Positions 40,844-52,305 are shown, counted from the stretch's first letter. The stretch: DNA of 64,000 nucleotides from an uncultured Gammaproteobacteria bacterium (GCA_963827755.1 CAWHCQ010000004.1:64001-128000), one strand, 5' to 3'. Program-made: numbers and translations. Notes: generated from the sequence alone by a model not told the origin.

Positions 40844-41428
40844 ATGGACAAGCTTACGCGCAAGGACCTCTATTCGCTTGAAGAATATGCCGAGAACAGG
40901 GATGTTATCCGCAAGCGGGTGCTGGCTCACAAAAAGAACCGCAAGGTGCATATCGGGCCCTCTGCTACCCTTTACTTTGAAGACCGCCGGACTGTTCAGT
41001 ACCAGATACAGGAGATGCTGCGGATCGAACGCATCTTCGAGTCCGCCGCTATCGAGGAAGAACTGGGTGCCTACAATCCCCTGATCCCGGAAGGCAGTAA
41101 CTGGAAAGCAACCTTTATGATCGAGGAGCCGGATGTGTCGCGGCGTAAGGAACTGCTGGCCGGGCTGGTCGGTATCGAGGACAAGGTCTGGGTACGTGTC
41201 GATGGCAGTGAACCGGTGTACGCGATTGCCGACGAGGATCTGGAGCGCGAAACCGCAGAAAAGACCTCTGCAGTGCACTTCATGCGCTTCGAACTTGACG
41301 AGAAAATGATTGCTGCACTAAAGGCAGGGGCTTCCCTGAGCATGGGGATTGCACACCCCGGTTACTCGCACGAGGTGGCGCCGGTCGTTGCACCGATACG
41401 TGATGCCTTGCTGGCCGATCTGGCGTAA
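40844..41428 (+). CDS. DUF3501 family protein
   Basis: YQIQEMLRIE, YNPLIP..SNWKATFMIE and KTSAVHFMRF; third gene of the rubrerythrin cluster. Confidence 0.88.
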   Translation: MDKLTRKDLYSLEEYAENRDVIRKRVLAHKKNRKVHIGPSATLYFEDRRTVQYQIQEMLRIERIFESAAIEEELGAYNPLIPEGSNWKATFMIEEPDVSRRKELLAGLVGIEDKVWVRVDGSEPVYAIADEDLERETAEKTSAVHFMRFELDEKMIAALKAGASLSMGIAHPGYSHEVAPVVAPIRDALLADLA

Positions 41429-41506
41429 CCTGCATCCGCTCACGGAGAGTCTGCAGCATACAACAGGGTCGCTTTGACGTGTGCCGCGCGTTAAACTGCG
41501 CTACCC

Positions 41507-42065
41507 ATGAAAACCGGACTCACCTGCAAAAAAACCGTTAATACGCCTCCTTGCCGCGGGCCTCCTGGTAATGGCCCCCCCCTGCCTTGCCAGCGATGAA
41601 GAGGATTCGCCGGGCTGGACGCCGAAGCATTTTATTGCCGCAGAACCCTGGAAAGAGCAGCAAACCGGATTACCTGCCTACCCCGAAAAAGGGAATTTGC
41701 TCGAGGTCAATATCAGTACCGGCGGCCAGCCTTGGAAAATCTATATTGACACGCTTTCTGTAAGGCAGGGAAAAGACTCCGTGGTGCGTTATACCGTGGT
41801 CCTGATTTCCGCAACCGGCGTATGGAATATTTCCAATGAAGGGCTGCATTGCGGTGAAAATAAATACCGGCGTTATGCCTATGGCTATGAGGGAGAGTGG
41901 CGGGAGCTGGAAGATGCGCCCTGGTTACCGCTTCGCGGGCACGGTGTTAACCAGTATCGCCGGATATTTTACAATGATTACATGTGTAACCAGTCCGATC
42001 CCTACCTTGAACCCCGACAGATTATCGAAAGAATCCGCTCATCGGATTATGGATATGAAGAATAA
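41507..42065 (+). CDS. CNP1-like family exported protein (likely +1 slip in the A-run near 41530)
   Basis: WKEQQTGLPAYP, DSVVRYTVV and EGLHC motifs; a signal peptide is restored if ATG 41507 is joined. Confidence 0.7.
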
Positions 42066-42098
42066 ACAGTTTCAAGCCAGCCAGTCGGTATGCCGGTA

Positions 42099-43985
42099 AT
42101 GGCTGGCAGATACGACGCAGCAGCAATCGAGGTTTTGAGTGGCCTGGATCCGGTGCGCAAGCGCCCGGGCATGTACACCGATACCACGCGCCCCAACCAT
42201 CTTGCACAGGAAGTCATCGATAACAGTGTGGATGAGGCCATTGCAGGGCACGCTACGCGCATTGATGTGAAACTCTTCAAGGATGGTTCGCTGGAAGTGC
42301 GTGACGATGGACGCGGCATGCCGGTGGATCTGCATCCGGAGGAAGGGGTACCCGGTGTCGAGGTCATCCTCACGCGTTTGCATGCCGGCGGCAAGTTTTC
42401 CGCAAAAAACTATGAATTCTCCGGTGGTTTGCATGGCGTCGGTATATCAGTTGTCAATGCCCTGTCGAAACACCTTGAAGTCTGGGTGCGGCGCGGCGGC
42501 AAGGAATACAACATGGCGTTCGCCGACGGCGAGTGCGTTTCAAAACTCGAGGAAATCGGCACGGTCGGCAGGCAGAACAGCGGCACCACGCTGCGCTTCT
42601 GGCCGAATCCCGAATATTTCGATTCTGTAAAGTTCTCGCTGCCACGCCTGAAACACATCCTGCGTGCCAAGGCGGTGTTGTGTCCCGGCCTGCAGGTAAG
42701 GCTGCATGTCGAGGCCGGCGACGAGAAGCTCGAGTGGTGTTACGCGGATGGCCTGCACGACTACCTGGCCGGCGAGCTCGGGGATACCCCGTTACTGCCG
42801 GAAGTCCCGTTTGTCGGCAAAATGGAAGGCAATAACGAGATCGCAGAGTGGGCGCTGGCGTGGTTGCCAGAGGGAGGCGATCCGGTTGCAGAGAGTTATG
42901 TCAACCTGATACCAACCGTGCAGGGAGGCACGCATGTCAATGGATTGCGCATGGGCTTGACGGAAGCAGTGCGTGAGTTTTGTGAATTCAGAAACCTGTT
43001 GCCGCGTGGTGTAAAACTCAGCCCGGAAGATGTCTGGGAAAACTGCAGTTATATCCTGTCCGTCAAGCTGCATGATCCACAGTTCAGCGGACAGACCAAG
43101 GAACGGCTGTCATCACGTGAATGTGCAATTTTTGTCTCCGGTGTGGTCAAGGACTCGTTTGGCCTGTGGTTGAATCATCATACGGAAATAGGCGAACGCA
43201 TTGCCTGGCTGGCAATTGAAAATGCCCAGACGCGCCAGCGCGCAGGCAAGAAAGTGGTGCGCAAGAAAATCACCAGCGGCCCGGCACTGCCGGGGAAGCT
43301 GGCGGACTGTACCTCGACAGACAACGAGCGCAGCGAACTTTTCCTGGTGGAGGGTGATTCAGCCGGTGGTTCGGCCAAGCAGGCGCGTGACCGCATTTTC
43401 CAGGCGATCATGCCGCTGCGCGGCAAGATACTGAATACCTGGGAGGTGGACTCTGCCGACGTGCTGGCATCACAGGAAGTCCATGATATATCCGTTGCCA
43501 TCGGTGTTGAGCCCGGATCGAATAACCTTGGCAAGCTGCGCTACAGCAAGATTTGTATCCTCGCTGACGCCGACTCTGACGGGCTGCATATTGCGACCCT
43601 GTTGTGCGCCTTGTTTCTCAGGCATTTTCATACTCTGGTGCAGGCAGGTCATGTGTATGTTGCCATGCCGCCGCTGTACCGCATCGACGCCGGCAAGCAG
43701 GTATTCTATGCGCTGGATGATAGCGAGAAACAGGGCGTGCTTGACCGGGTAGCGGCAGAAAAGATCAAGGGGAAAGTCATGGTGCAGCGCTTCAAGGGTC
43801 TTGGCGAAATGAACCCGATGCAGTTGCGTGAGACCACCATCGCCCCGGAGACGCGCCGTCTGGTGCAGCTGACCATCGACAGCAAGGACGGCACCCACAA
43901 GCTCATGGATATGCTGCTCGCCCGCAAGCGCGCCCCGGACCGGCGTAACTGGCTGGAATCAAAAGGAAATATGGCCGCAATATGA
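42099..43985 (+). CDS. parE: DNA topoisomerase IV subunit B
   Basis: VRKRPGMY, EVIDNSVDE, GGLHGVG, LVEGDSAGGS and RFKGLGEM. Confidence 0.98.
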   Translation: MAGRYDAAAIEVLSGLDPVRKRPGMYTDTTRPNHLAQEVIDNSVDEAIAGHATRIDVKLFKDGSLEVRDDGRGMPVDLHPEEGVPGVEVILTRLHAGGKFSAKNYEFSGGLHGVGISVVNALSKHLEVWVRRGGKEYNMAFADGECVSKLEEIGTVGRQNSGTTLRFWPNPEYFDSVKFSLPRLKHILRAKAVLCPGLQVRLHVEAGDEKLEWCYADGLHDYLAGELGDTPLLPEVPFVGKMEGNNEIAEWALAWLPEGGDPVAESYVNLIPTVQGGTHVNGLRMGLTEAVREFCEFRNLLPRGVKLSPEDVWENCSYILSVKLHDPQFSGQTKERLSSRECAIFVSGVVKDSFGLWLNHHTEIGERIAWLAIENAQTRQRAGKKVVRKKITSGPALPGKLADCTSTDNERSELFLVEGDSAGGSAKQARDRIFQAIMPLRGKILNTWEVDSADVLASQEVHDISVAIGVEPGSNNLGKLRYSKICILADADSDGLHIATLLCALFLRHFHTLVQAGHVYVAMPPLYRIDAGKQVFYALDDSEKQGVLDRVAAEKIKGKVMVQRFKGLGEMNPMQLRETTIAPETRRLVQLTIDSKDGTHKLMDMLLARKRAPDRRNWLESKGNMAAI

Positions 43986-44086
43986 CCATAAATACCGAGG
44001 GCGCGAGGTGTTTTGTTCTTTCCTTCGTGCCTTTGCGAGTTTGCGCGATTATTGATTTTTGAAGAATACCGAACAGGTAATACCTC

Positions 44087-46339
44087 ATGGAAACCATTGA
44101 ACTCGATTACGAAGGCATCGAACAGCTGCCCTTGAAGACCTTTACCGAGAAGGCCTACCTGGATTATTCCATGTACGTCATTCTTGACCGCGCATTGCCG
44201 CATATCGGTGACGGCCTCAAGCCTGTGCAGCGGCGCATCATTTATGCCATGTCCGAGCTCGGCCTGCAGGCAAGTGCGAAGCACAAGAAGTCGGCGCGCA
44301 CTGTCGGTGATGTGCTTGGCAAGTTTCACCCGCATGGCGACTCCGCCTGTTACGAGGCGATGGTGCATCTTGCGCAATCTTTTACCTGTCGTTATCCGTT
44401 GATTGACGGCCAGGGCAACTGGGGTTCGCCGGATGATCCAAAATCATTCGCCGCCATGCGTTATACCGAGGCGCGGCTGACGCCGTTTGCCGCGGTGCTG
44501 TTATCGGAACTCGGGCAGGGTACGGTTGACTGGGCGCCGAACTTTGACGGAACACTGGAAGAACCCAAACAGTTACCTGCGCGCCTGCCTGCGGTATTGC
44601 TGAACGGCGCAACCGGTATTGCCGTGGGCATGGCCACGGACATCCCGCCGCATAATCTGAAAGAAGTTGCCGAAGCAACCATCATGTTGCTCGACAAACC
44701 GAAGAGTACAACGGCAGATCTGTGCAAGATAATAATGGCTCCGGATTTTCCTACCGGCGCAGAAATTATAACCCCGCAATCCGAACTGCTCGAAGCCTAT
44801 ATGACAGGACGTGGCAGTGTGCGCATGCGTGCCTGTTACGAAATTGAGCAGGGTGAAATAGTCGTCACTGAATTGCCTTTCCAGACATCGGGCGGAAAGG
44901 TGCTGGAGCAGATCGCCGCACAAATGATTGCGAAGAAACTGCCCATGGTGGAGGACCTGCGCGATGAGTCCGATCACGAGAACCCGACCCGCCTGGTGAT
45001 CGTACCGCGCTCCAACCGGGTTGATACCGGGGCACTGATGTCACACCTGTTTGCAAGCACCGATCTGGAGCGCAGCGCCCGTATCAATCTCAATATAATC
45101 GGCCTGGACGGAAAGCCAAAAATCAATGACTTAAGAGGTATTCTGAAGGAATGGCTTGAATTCAGAACGAGCACGGTCAGGCGCCGGATAGAGTACCGTT
45201 TGGAGAAGGTCAACACCCGTCTGCACCTGCTCGAGGGTCTGTTGATTGCGTTTCTCAACCTGGATGAAGTGATCAGGATTATTCGCGAGGAAGACAAGCC
45301 GAAACCGGCATTGATGAAACGCTTCAGGTTGTCGGAAGAGCAGGCGGATTACATCCTTGATACCCGCCTGCGCCAGCTCGCGCGCCTCGAGGAAATGAAG
45401 ATTACCGGCGAGCAAAAAGAACTTGCCGATGAGCGGGATGCCCTGCAGAAGATCCTTTCTTCCGGTGCACGGTTGAAGACGCTGATCAAGAACGAGATCA
45501 GGGCCGATGCAGAAAAGTTTGGTGATGCGCGGCGCTCAAAACTGGTTGAGCGTGAACCGGCACAGGTCATGGATGAGAACGCGCTGGTGCCAAGTGAGCC
45601 GGTGACAATCGTATTGTCAAAGAACGGCTGGGTGCGTGTCGCCAGGGGTCACGATATCAACCCGACGGAGATGAACTACAAGGCCGGCGATGAATTTGCA
45701 GCGGCGGCGCAGGGACGCAGTAACGAGCTGGTCGTATTTATCGATTCAACGGGCAAGACCTATGCATTACCCGCACATACACTGCCATCGGCAAGAGGTC
45801 AGGGTGAGCCCCTGAGTGGTCGTTTAAAACCGGCTGATGGCGCACGCTTCACAGGTGTGATGGCCGGCAAGCCCGAGCAGTTGTATTTGCTTGCGAGTGA
45901 TTCAGGTTACGGTTTTGTTGTAAAGCTCGGTGATATGTATACGCGTAACAAGGCCGGTAAATCAACACTCTCGGTACCGAAGGGTGCAAGGGTATTGCCA
46001 CCGGTGACTGTGCGCAGTCTGAAGGACGACTGGATTGTGGCGATATCAACCGAGGGACACATGCTGGTCATTCCCTTGAGTGACGTTCCGCAGATGTCTC
46101 GCGGCAAGGGAAACAGGATCATTAATATCCCGTCTGCAAAACTGAAGACCCGCGAAGAGCATGTGAAGATTATTGACTGCATACAGGATGGCGAGAAGCT
46201 CACCATTTACGCAGGCAAGAAGCACAAGACCATGAAGGCGGACGAGGTCGATGAATTTGCCGGTGAGCGCGGCCGGCGAGGGCGCAAACTGGCGCGCGGC
46301 TATCAGAAGGTGGACCGGGTAGAGGTAATCAGGCGCTAG
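44087..46339 (+). CDS. parC: DNA topoisomerase IV subunit A
   Basis: [29 protein letters not shown] and AAMRYTE. Confidence 0.98.
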   Translation: METIELDYEGIEQLPLKTFTEKAYLDYSMYVILDRALPHIGDGLKPVQRRIIYAMSELGLQASAKHKKSARTVGDVLGKFHPHGDSACYEAMVHLAQSFTCRYPLIDGQGNWGSPDDPKSFAAMRYTEARLTPFAAVLLSELGQGTVDWAPNFDGTLEEPKQLPARLPAVLLNGATGIAVGMATDIPPHNLKEVAEATIMLLDKPKSTTADLCKIIMAPDFPTGAEIITPQSELLEAYMTGRGSVRMRACYEIEQGEIVVTELPFQTSGGKVLEQIAAQMIAKKLPMVEDLRDESDHENPTRLVIVPRSNRVDTGALMSHLFASTDLERSARINLNIIGLDGKPKINDLRGILKEWLEFRTSTVRRRIEYRLEKVNTRLHLLEGLLIAFLNLDEVIRIIREEDKPKPALMKRFRLSEEQADYILDTRLRQLARLEEMKITGEQKELADERDALQKILSSGARLKTLIKNEIRADAEKFGDARRSKLVEREPAQVMDENALVPSEPVTIVLSKNGWVRVARGHDINPTEMNYKAGDEFAAAAQGRSNELVVFIDSTGKTYALPAHTLPSARGQGEPLSGRLKPADGARFTGVMAGKPEQLYLLASDSGYGFVVKLGDMYTRNKAGKSTLSVPKGARVLPPVTVRSLKDDWIVAISTEGHMLVIPLSDVPQMSRGKGNRIINIPSAKLKTREEHVKIIDCIQDGEKLTIYAGKKHKTMKADEVDEFAGERGRRGRKLARGYQKVDRVEVIRR

Positions 46340-46404
46340 GCCGGGGAGGGCCCTGAAGTTCGCCTGGCCCGGCATTGGCCCGCCAGCTGTCTTGCGTGCT
46401 CGAT

Positions 46405-47959
46405 TTAACTATAAATATCAGCTGGTTGAGGGTTGAAAAAATTCTGCCCCATGATCTCGAGCGCCTGTTCAAACTGCTTGTCTACGATTGCCTGGTAGTC
46501 GGCCGTCAGGGCTTCCAGCAGGTAGGTGGAGACGTACTCGCTGATACCCCGTAACTGGATCGACTGGTATTCACCGGCAACTATGCGGTCCCTGACACCG
46601 TCATGCATGTACATCTCGCGTGACATGACAATTTGACCGCCATTTGTTATGCCACAAAGCCTGGATGCCATGTTTACCGCGTCACCGACAACTGTATATT
46701 CCATACGTGTTTCCGAGCCCATATTGCCGGCCAGCATGAACCCTGTATTCATTCCAATCTTGAACTTGACGGGAAACTCGCCGCGCATTTCTCTTTCCTT
46801 GCTCTCATGCATGATGAGTTTCTGGGCGAGCAACGCGCAGATTATGGCATGGAAGACATGATCCTTGTCCGTTTCCGGTGCACCGAAAACCAGCATCACA
46901 CCATCTCCCATGTATTTATCAACTGTGCCGTAGTTGATCTCACAGGCGCATGTAATAAGGGAAAAATACTTGTTGAGCATGCTCACCAGGGACTGCGGAT
47001 CGGTTTTTTCGGCAATTTCCGTAAACCCGGCGATGTCGGCAAACAGTACAGTGCCTTCAATCTTTTTACTGCCAAGTTCAACAGTGCTCAGGTTGGACAG
47101 TATCTGGCGGGCAACGCCTGGTGAAACATAACGCGACAGGGCATTCTTGACCTGTGATTTTTCCAGCATGCCTGCCGCCATCTCGTTAAAGGAATTCATC
47201 AGCAGGCCAAGTTCATCATGTCGCCGTTCTGTGAATCTGAATGAGTACTCGCCTTTTCCCAGCGCGCGACTTGCATCGACCAGTTCATTGATAGGCATGC
47301 TGAGATGCTGTCCGAGTGCAAATGCCATTCCGATGCCAAGGGCAATTACCAGCAAGGTGGCAGCCGTAATTGCCTGCACCGACCTGCGTACAGAGTCTTT
47401 CATGCCGGACTGGCTGAGGGTTACCAGTGCGTAACCTGCCGTAATACCCTGGAATGTAACCGGCTGGGTGAATGAAATAACCGCATGGGTCTTCCCGGAT
47501 GCCGTTTCCCAGTCCCATATGTATGAGTTCGCAGCGCCCCGGGCGAGCTGTTCCAGCAGGGCAATATCGCCTGTATGTGCCGTCCCCGCCTGTGCAATAA
47601 CCTCTCCCTGCAACGTAATAATGGCCGTGGCCAGCACGCTCTTGCCATTCGTGAAGCTTTCCGTAATGGTTACAAGCGCATGCTCTGTCATCCGCCAGCA
47701 GGGGTTCCCTGCTGGATTGCGCCATCAGGCCTGCCAGGGTGGCGCCCTGTTCGTTGATTTGCTGCAGCAGTACCCGGGTCTGTTGCTGGATCAGAATAAC
47801 CCCGAGTAACAGCATGCAGCCCACGACCAGCACTGTGATAAAGAATGACAGTTTGTAGGCCAGCGGGATGCGCTGCGTCGTGATGCGCAGTTTCCGCGCC
47901 AGCCTCATAATACCGGTGCCCGTGGCGGCTTCATGATTTCCGGTTGCTGCCTTGTTCAT
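46405..47959 (-). CDS. membrane class III adenylate/guanylate cyclase with HAMP domain; apparent frameshift near 47690
   Basis: TM1 in ORF 47285-47959; TM2, HAMP (DELGLLMNSFNEM), LFADIAGFT, DKYMGDG and EYTVVGDAVNMASRLC in ORF 46405-47691. Confidence 0.88.
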
Positions 47960-48048
47960 CTGCCGGTCCCGGCTGCACCTGTCGCGGGCGACGGGACGTA
48001 TGTGTACAATGCCTGCTGTTTTCCGTGGTTACAGCCTGAGGAATATTC

Positions 48049-49266
48049 ATGACCCTGATTCGTCCCTTTGCCGGTTTGCGGCCAGCCGCAGGTCGGGCCG
48101 AAGAGGTGGTTGCGCCGCCTTACGATGTGCTCAGCAGTGACGAGGCCCGGCTGCGTGCCAGGGGTCGCCCCTGGAGTTTTCTGCATATATCCAAACCCGA
48201 GATTGACCTGCCCGTGGGTACTGACCCGCACGCCGCAGAGGTCTATAAAATGGCTGCCGAAAACCTGCAGCGGATGTTGCAGGCAGGTGTGCTCGTTCGG
48301 GATGAGAGGCCGTTTTATTACGTTTATCGCCTGGTCATGGGCAAGCACAGCCAGCTCGGACTTGTAGCCGTGGCTTCCGTGGCTGATTACAACTCGAATC
48401 GTATTCGCAAGCATGAATTTACGCGGCCGGACAAGGAAGATGACCGGGTGCGGCAGATCGATGCCTTGCATGCACAGACGGGGCCGGTCCTGCTGGCCTG
48501 TAAATCCGACCCGGCCATCGATGCCATGCTCGCCGGGGTTGCACGCGGCCGGCCGGATGTCGATCTCGTTGCGGATGATGGCATCGGTCATACGATTTGG
48601 GTCGTCAGGGATGCGGCCCTGATCGATAAAATTACCGCTGGTTTTAACGCGATGGATGCGTTGTATATAGCCGACGGACACCACCGTTCGGCAGCTGCGT
48701 CCAGGGTGGCTGCCAGTCATGGCGAGCTTGAGTCGGCCGGGTATTTTCTGACCGTGATTTTCCCGCACAGGCAGATGCAGATCCTTGACTACAATCGCGT
48801 TGTCAGGGACCTGGGTGGTATGAGCGCTGAAGAATTCCTCGCACGTGTTGTCGAGTCCTTCTCGGTAACTCCGATCGAGGCGGCGGTGCGTCCCGATGGG
48901 CCGGGAACGTTCGGTATGTACCTTGCCGGTCAGTGGTACCGGCTGGAAATTCATGCGGACTGCATTCCGAATGATCCGGTCGGCAGGCTGGATGTCAGTT
49001 TGCTTGCCAACAGGCTGCTGGCACCGGTACTCGGGATAGAAGATCCCCGGCGGGATACCCGGATTGATTTCGTCGGCGGTATTCGCGGACTTGCCGAGCT
49101 GGAGAGGCGTGTTGACAGCGGTGAAATGAAAGTCGCTTTTTCCATGTATCCAACCGGCATGGAAGACCTGATGGCAGTTGCCGATGCCGGCGAGGTTATG
49201 CCTCCGAAATCGACCTGGTTTGAACCAAAACTGGCCGACGGCCTGGTTTCTCACGTGCTTGATTGA
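48049..49266 (+). CDS. DUF1015 family protein
   Basis: IRPFAGLRP, APPYDV, IRKHEFTRPDKE, YIADGHHR and MPPKSTWFEPKL. Confidence 0.92.
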   Translation: MTLIRPFAGLRPAAGRAEEVVAPPYDVLSSDEARLRARGRPWSFLHISKPEIDLPVGTDPHAAEVYKMAAENLQRMLQAGVLVRDERPFYYVYRLVMGKHSQLGLVAVASVADYNSNRIRKHEFTRPDKEDDRVRQIDALHAQTGPVLLACKSDPAIDAMLAGVARGRPDVDLVADDGIGHTIWVVRDAALIDKITAGFNAMDALYIADGHHRSAAASRVAASHGELESAGYFLTVIFPHRQMQILDYNRVVRDLGGMSAEEFLARVVESFSVTPIEAAVRPDGPGTFGMYLAGQWYRLEIHADCIPNDPVGRLDVSLLANRLLAPVLGIEDPRRDTRIDFVGGIRGLAELERRVDSGEMKVAFSMYPTGMEDLMAVADAGEVMPPKSTWFEPKLADGLVSHVLD

Positions 49267-49360
49267 GCGACTTTGCCGGCCATCATGTGCTTGTTCGATT
49301 ATGCAGAAACTTGCCGGCCTTGCTTTTGGCCGGGCCTATGGATGCCGTGTTCATGAAAGC

Positions 49361-51439
49361 TCAGGCGAGCTCACCTTCAAAGTCATAATCAAGTACCCGG
49401 CTGGGTGCCTGGATAAAATTTCCCTGGATCATATCGACACCGTTCTGCCAGAGTACTGCCAGGTCTCCAGGATTATCGATACGTTCGGCAATGCATACCG
49501 TACCGAGATTATGGGCGAGCTTCACAAGTGCCCTGACGCGGGACTGTTGTTCCTTGTTGCTGGCCAGGTTCTCGGTCAGGCTGCCGTCGATTTTCAGAAT
49601 ATCCGCAGGTACATGTTTTAACAGCAGAGGCTGCTTGCTTAAACCGAAGTGTTCGAGTGCCACCCTGCACTGCAGCTTTTTCATCGCCTTGACGAAGGTG
49701 ATGGCGCTCTTCAGATCGTTGGCTGCATCAAGTTCCTTCACTTCAAACACGACAGAACTGTGAGAAAGTCTGTATTCCTTCAGCTTGTCGTTTATCCATG
49801 CCGGCAACTTCGTGTCGGCGAGAACTGACCTTGAAAGCTTTAGATAAACCGTAATATCGTCGCCATTTTCGCGAAGCTCGACAATGGTCCTGAACGCGGC
49901 CTCGAAAACCCAGTAATCAATTTCACGGCTCAGGCCCGACTTCTCGGCAAGTTCGATAAACTGGCCGGGCAGTATGGTATGACCTTCTTCGTCAACAATT
50001 CTAAGCAGGGCTTCATAGCATTTACTGGTATCACCCGCCAGGCTGATGATGGGCTGATATGCCAGGTAGAAGCGTTGCTCATCGATGGTATTTCTGATGA
50101 CCTTATCCCATTCCTCTTCATGGCCCTGGGACACCTGTTCATCAATAACGGCGCTGTGTGTGTGAATCCGGTTGCCGCCGGATGAACGGGCGACTTCACA
50201 TGCCGTATCAGCATGGCTGAGTATTTTCTGCGCGTCAGTCGTATGTTCTGTAACTGCGCAGATACCGATACTGCAGCTCAACGTTATGGACCGTCCGTCA
50301 GTTTCCGATATGTGCGCGGAGATATGGCGCAGCAGCTTTTCCGCCTTTGCCTGGACATTCTCGCTGCTGCTGGCGTGATGCAGTATGGTGAAGCTGTAGT
50401 CTCCAAAGCGGGCGATACTGTCCTGGGTGTTACACTGTTTTTCCAGTAGCCTGGCAATCTCGCAGAGCACCGTATCGCTTGCAGCAATGCCGTTTTCCTC
50501 GCGAACCTCCTTGAATCCATCAAGTGTAATGTAGATGAGTGCACGTGCCTCTTCCCCGTCTTTCTCTGCTTGTGTTACCTCTTCACCAAGCAGATTCATG
50601 AAGTGCTGGCGGTTATATAACCCGGTCAGGGTGTCCAGGTGCGCCATTGATTCCATATTTTCATCCAGGTCAGCCTTGCCGGTGCGGATGACGATTTGCG
50701 TACAGGGTTTTCCGTCGATGCTTGCCGGCGCGAATTCCAGGGTTCTGTCGAAGGCTGTGTGGTCATGATTGACACACTTGATCCTGAGCATGCTGTCACT
50801 GCTGCTGCCAGCCTGAAATTTGCGCAGAAACTCATTGAACGTGTCGCGCTGCTCCGCGCAGATCATGTCGACTACCGGCATTGCCTCGATTTCTTTACGA
50901 TTTTCGATTCCGAACAGATCCATCCAGGACTGGTTGACAAAACAGAGCATACCTTCGTCCATACAGGCAACGGCATCAGTGGAACGTTCGCTGAGGGAAT
51001 TGCAGCGGTTTTCGCAATTGTCAAGGGCTGCTTCAAGGTCAGCCACCCTTTGCTGAAGCTTCAGCAGCGTTAGTACCTGCGAGAACGCCAACTCAAGGTG
51101 ACCGGGCTGGTTGGAGGAGACCAGCGCCGAGATCCCGGATTTTCCGGCAGCGACTACCGCTGCCTCGGGAGCCTCCCCGGCGACGGCAATAAGCGGTGGT
51201 GAAAGTTTGTGTTGTGCAAGGATGCCCTGAACGGTTTCTGTGCTGATGACGCCTTCACCTTTTCCGCAGAGTACGATATCAGGCACCTGTTCAAGCAGGG
51301 CGGTCTCGAATATCTGCGCATCACGTGCATAGCCAAAGCGTAAATGATGTCCGCCCTCGCGGAGGATATTTGCCAGGCTCTCCGCGTCTTTTTCGCTTTT
51401 CTCCACAATGAGTAGACGAAGATTATCTACATTTTCCAC
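49361..51439 (-). CDS. fimX: FimX-like REC-PAS-GGDEF(degenerate)-EAL c-di-GMP protein
   Basis: ARFGDYSF instead of GGDEF, EALLR, EHFG instead of DDFG; syntenic with fimW and parC. Confidence 0.75.
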   Translation of the reverse strand: MENVDNLRLLIVEKSEKDAESLANILREGGHHLRFGYARDAQIFETALLEQVPDIVLCGKGEGVISTETVQGILAQHKLSPPLIAVAGEAPEAAVVAAGKSGISALVSSNQPGHLELAFSQVLTLLKLQQRVADLEAALDNCENRCNSLSERSTDAVACMDEGMLCFVNQSWMDLFGIENRKEIEAMPVVDMICAEQRDTFNEFLRKFQAGSSSDSMLRIKCVNHDHTAFDRTLEFAPASIDGKPCTQIVIRTGKADLDENMESMAHLDTLTGLYNRQHFMNLLGEEVTQAEKDGEEARALIYITLDGFKEVREENGIAASDTVLCEIARLLEKQCNTQDSIARFGDYSFTILHHASSSENVQAKAEKLLRHISAHISETDGRSITLSCSIGICAVTEHTTDAQKILSHADTACEVARSSGGNRIHTHSAVIDEQVSQGHEEEWDKVIRNTIDEQRFYLAYQPIISLAGDTSKCYEALLRIVDEEGHTILPGQFIELAEKSGLSREIDYWVFEAAFRTIVELRENGDDITVYLKLSRSVLADTKLPAWINDKLKEYRLSHSSVVFEVKELDAANDLKSAITFVKAMKKLQCRVALEHFGLSKQPLLLKHVPADILKIDGSLTENLASNKEQQSRVRALVKLAHNLGTVCIAERIDNPGDLAVLWQNGVDMIQGNFIQAPSRVLDYDFEGELA

Positions 51440-51721
51440 AATAGACCTCGCTTTGATCAAAAACAGGCATCAAGCCCCCGGGCACCGGGCATAATGGAAC
51501 TTCCACGAATCAGGGTACCGACTCTCTTTTTTTCGGCATTTCAGGCCAGGTCTTGAGTACTCCCTGTATATAGCGGGCTGCGCCGGGCAAGGCGGATTGG
51601 CTGTGATTCAGGTATTTCCTGTTCAGCCGTTTCCTGATAGCATGCAAGTGTCTGAAAAATGGGCATTTAGAGTACAGTTCTGTACTCAAGTTGCCGGCAA
51701 CCGCTGAACCTGGAGATACGT

Positions 51722-52243
51722 ATGCATTCGATTACAGTCAGGCCCGAGACGCCGGAAGATATCCGCGCGATTGATGTTGTACATATCAGCGCTTTTGGGG
51801 GGGAGGCCGAGGCCCAGTTGGTCAGTGTTTTGAGGGGCTCGGCGACCTACAACCGGGAGCTTTCGCTGGTTGCCGAGCTTGGCGGAAGAATCGTCGGCCA
51901 TATCCTCCTCACCAGGGTGCCGCTGCGCAACCAGGGCAAGGAAAAAAATGTGCTCGCGCTGGGGCCGATGTCGGTGGTTCCTTCACAGAGCCATCGCGGC
52001 ATCGGCTCTGAACTGATCCAGGCGGCTATAAAACTTGCAGAAGAAAAAGGCTATGGCGCGATTGTGGTTCTCGGGCACCCGGAATACTACAAGCGGTTCG
52101 GTTTCACGAATGCGAAGGATGCACAGGTAAGCTGTAATCTGCCCGCACCCGAAGATGCCTTGACGGTCATGGAGATCGTTGCGGGAAACCTGGCCGGTGG
52201 TGGCCACGTGGAATACCCGGAACCCTTCCTTGCGCTTTATTGA
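51722..52243 (+). CDS. GNAT N-acetyltransferase (YhbS-like)
   Basis: LGPMSVVPSQSHRGIGSELI and VLGHPEYYKRFGF. Confidence 0.92.
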   Translation: MHSITVRPETPEDIRAIDVVHISAFGGEAEAQLVSVLRGSATYNRELSLVAELGGRIVGHILLTRVPLRNQGKEKNVLALGPMSVVPSQSHRGIGSELIQAAIKLAEEKGYGAIVVLGHPEYYKRFGFTNAKDAQVSCNLPAPEDALTVMEIVAGNLAGGGHVEYPEPFLALY

Positions 52244-52305
52244 CTGCAGGTCTGCCTGGTATTTCCACTGTTCGTACCTGCCTGCCCGGTTCGATATATC
52301 CGGGC

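Noticed and set aside
44023-44047. CTTCGTGCCTTTGCGAGTTTGCG short 8-bp-period repeat between parE and parC
   Set aside because: Only about three degenerate units with no associated gene; too weak to call
47956-49254. Long antisense ORFs (also 16075-17109, 13969-14928, 59105-60298, 31946-32878)
   Set aside because: Shadow frames of well-supported genes in GC-rich DNA, with no protein motifs
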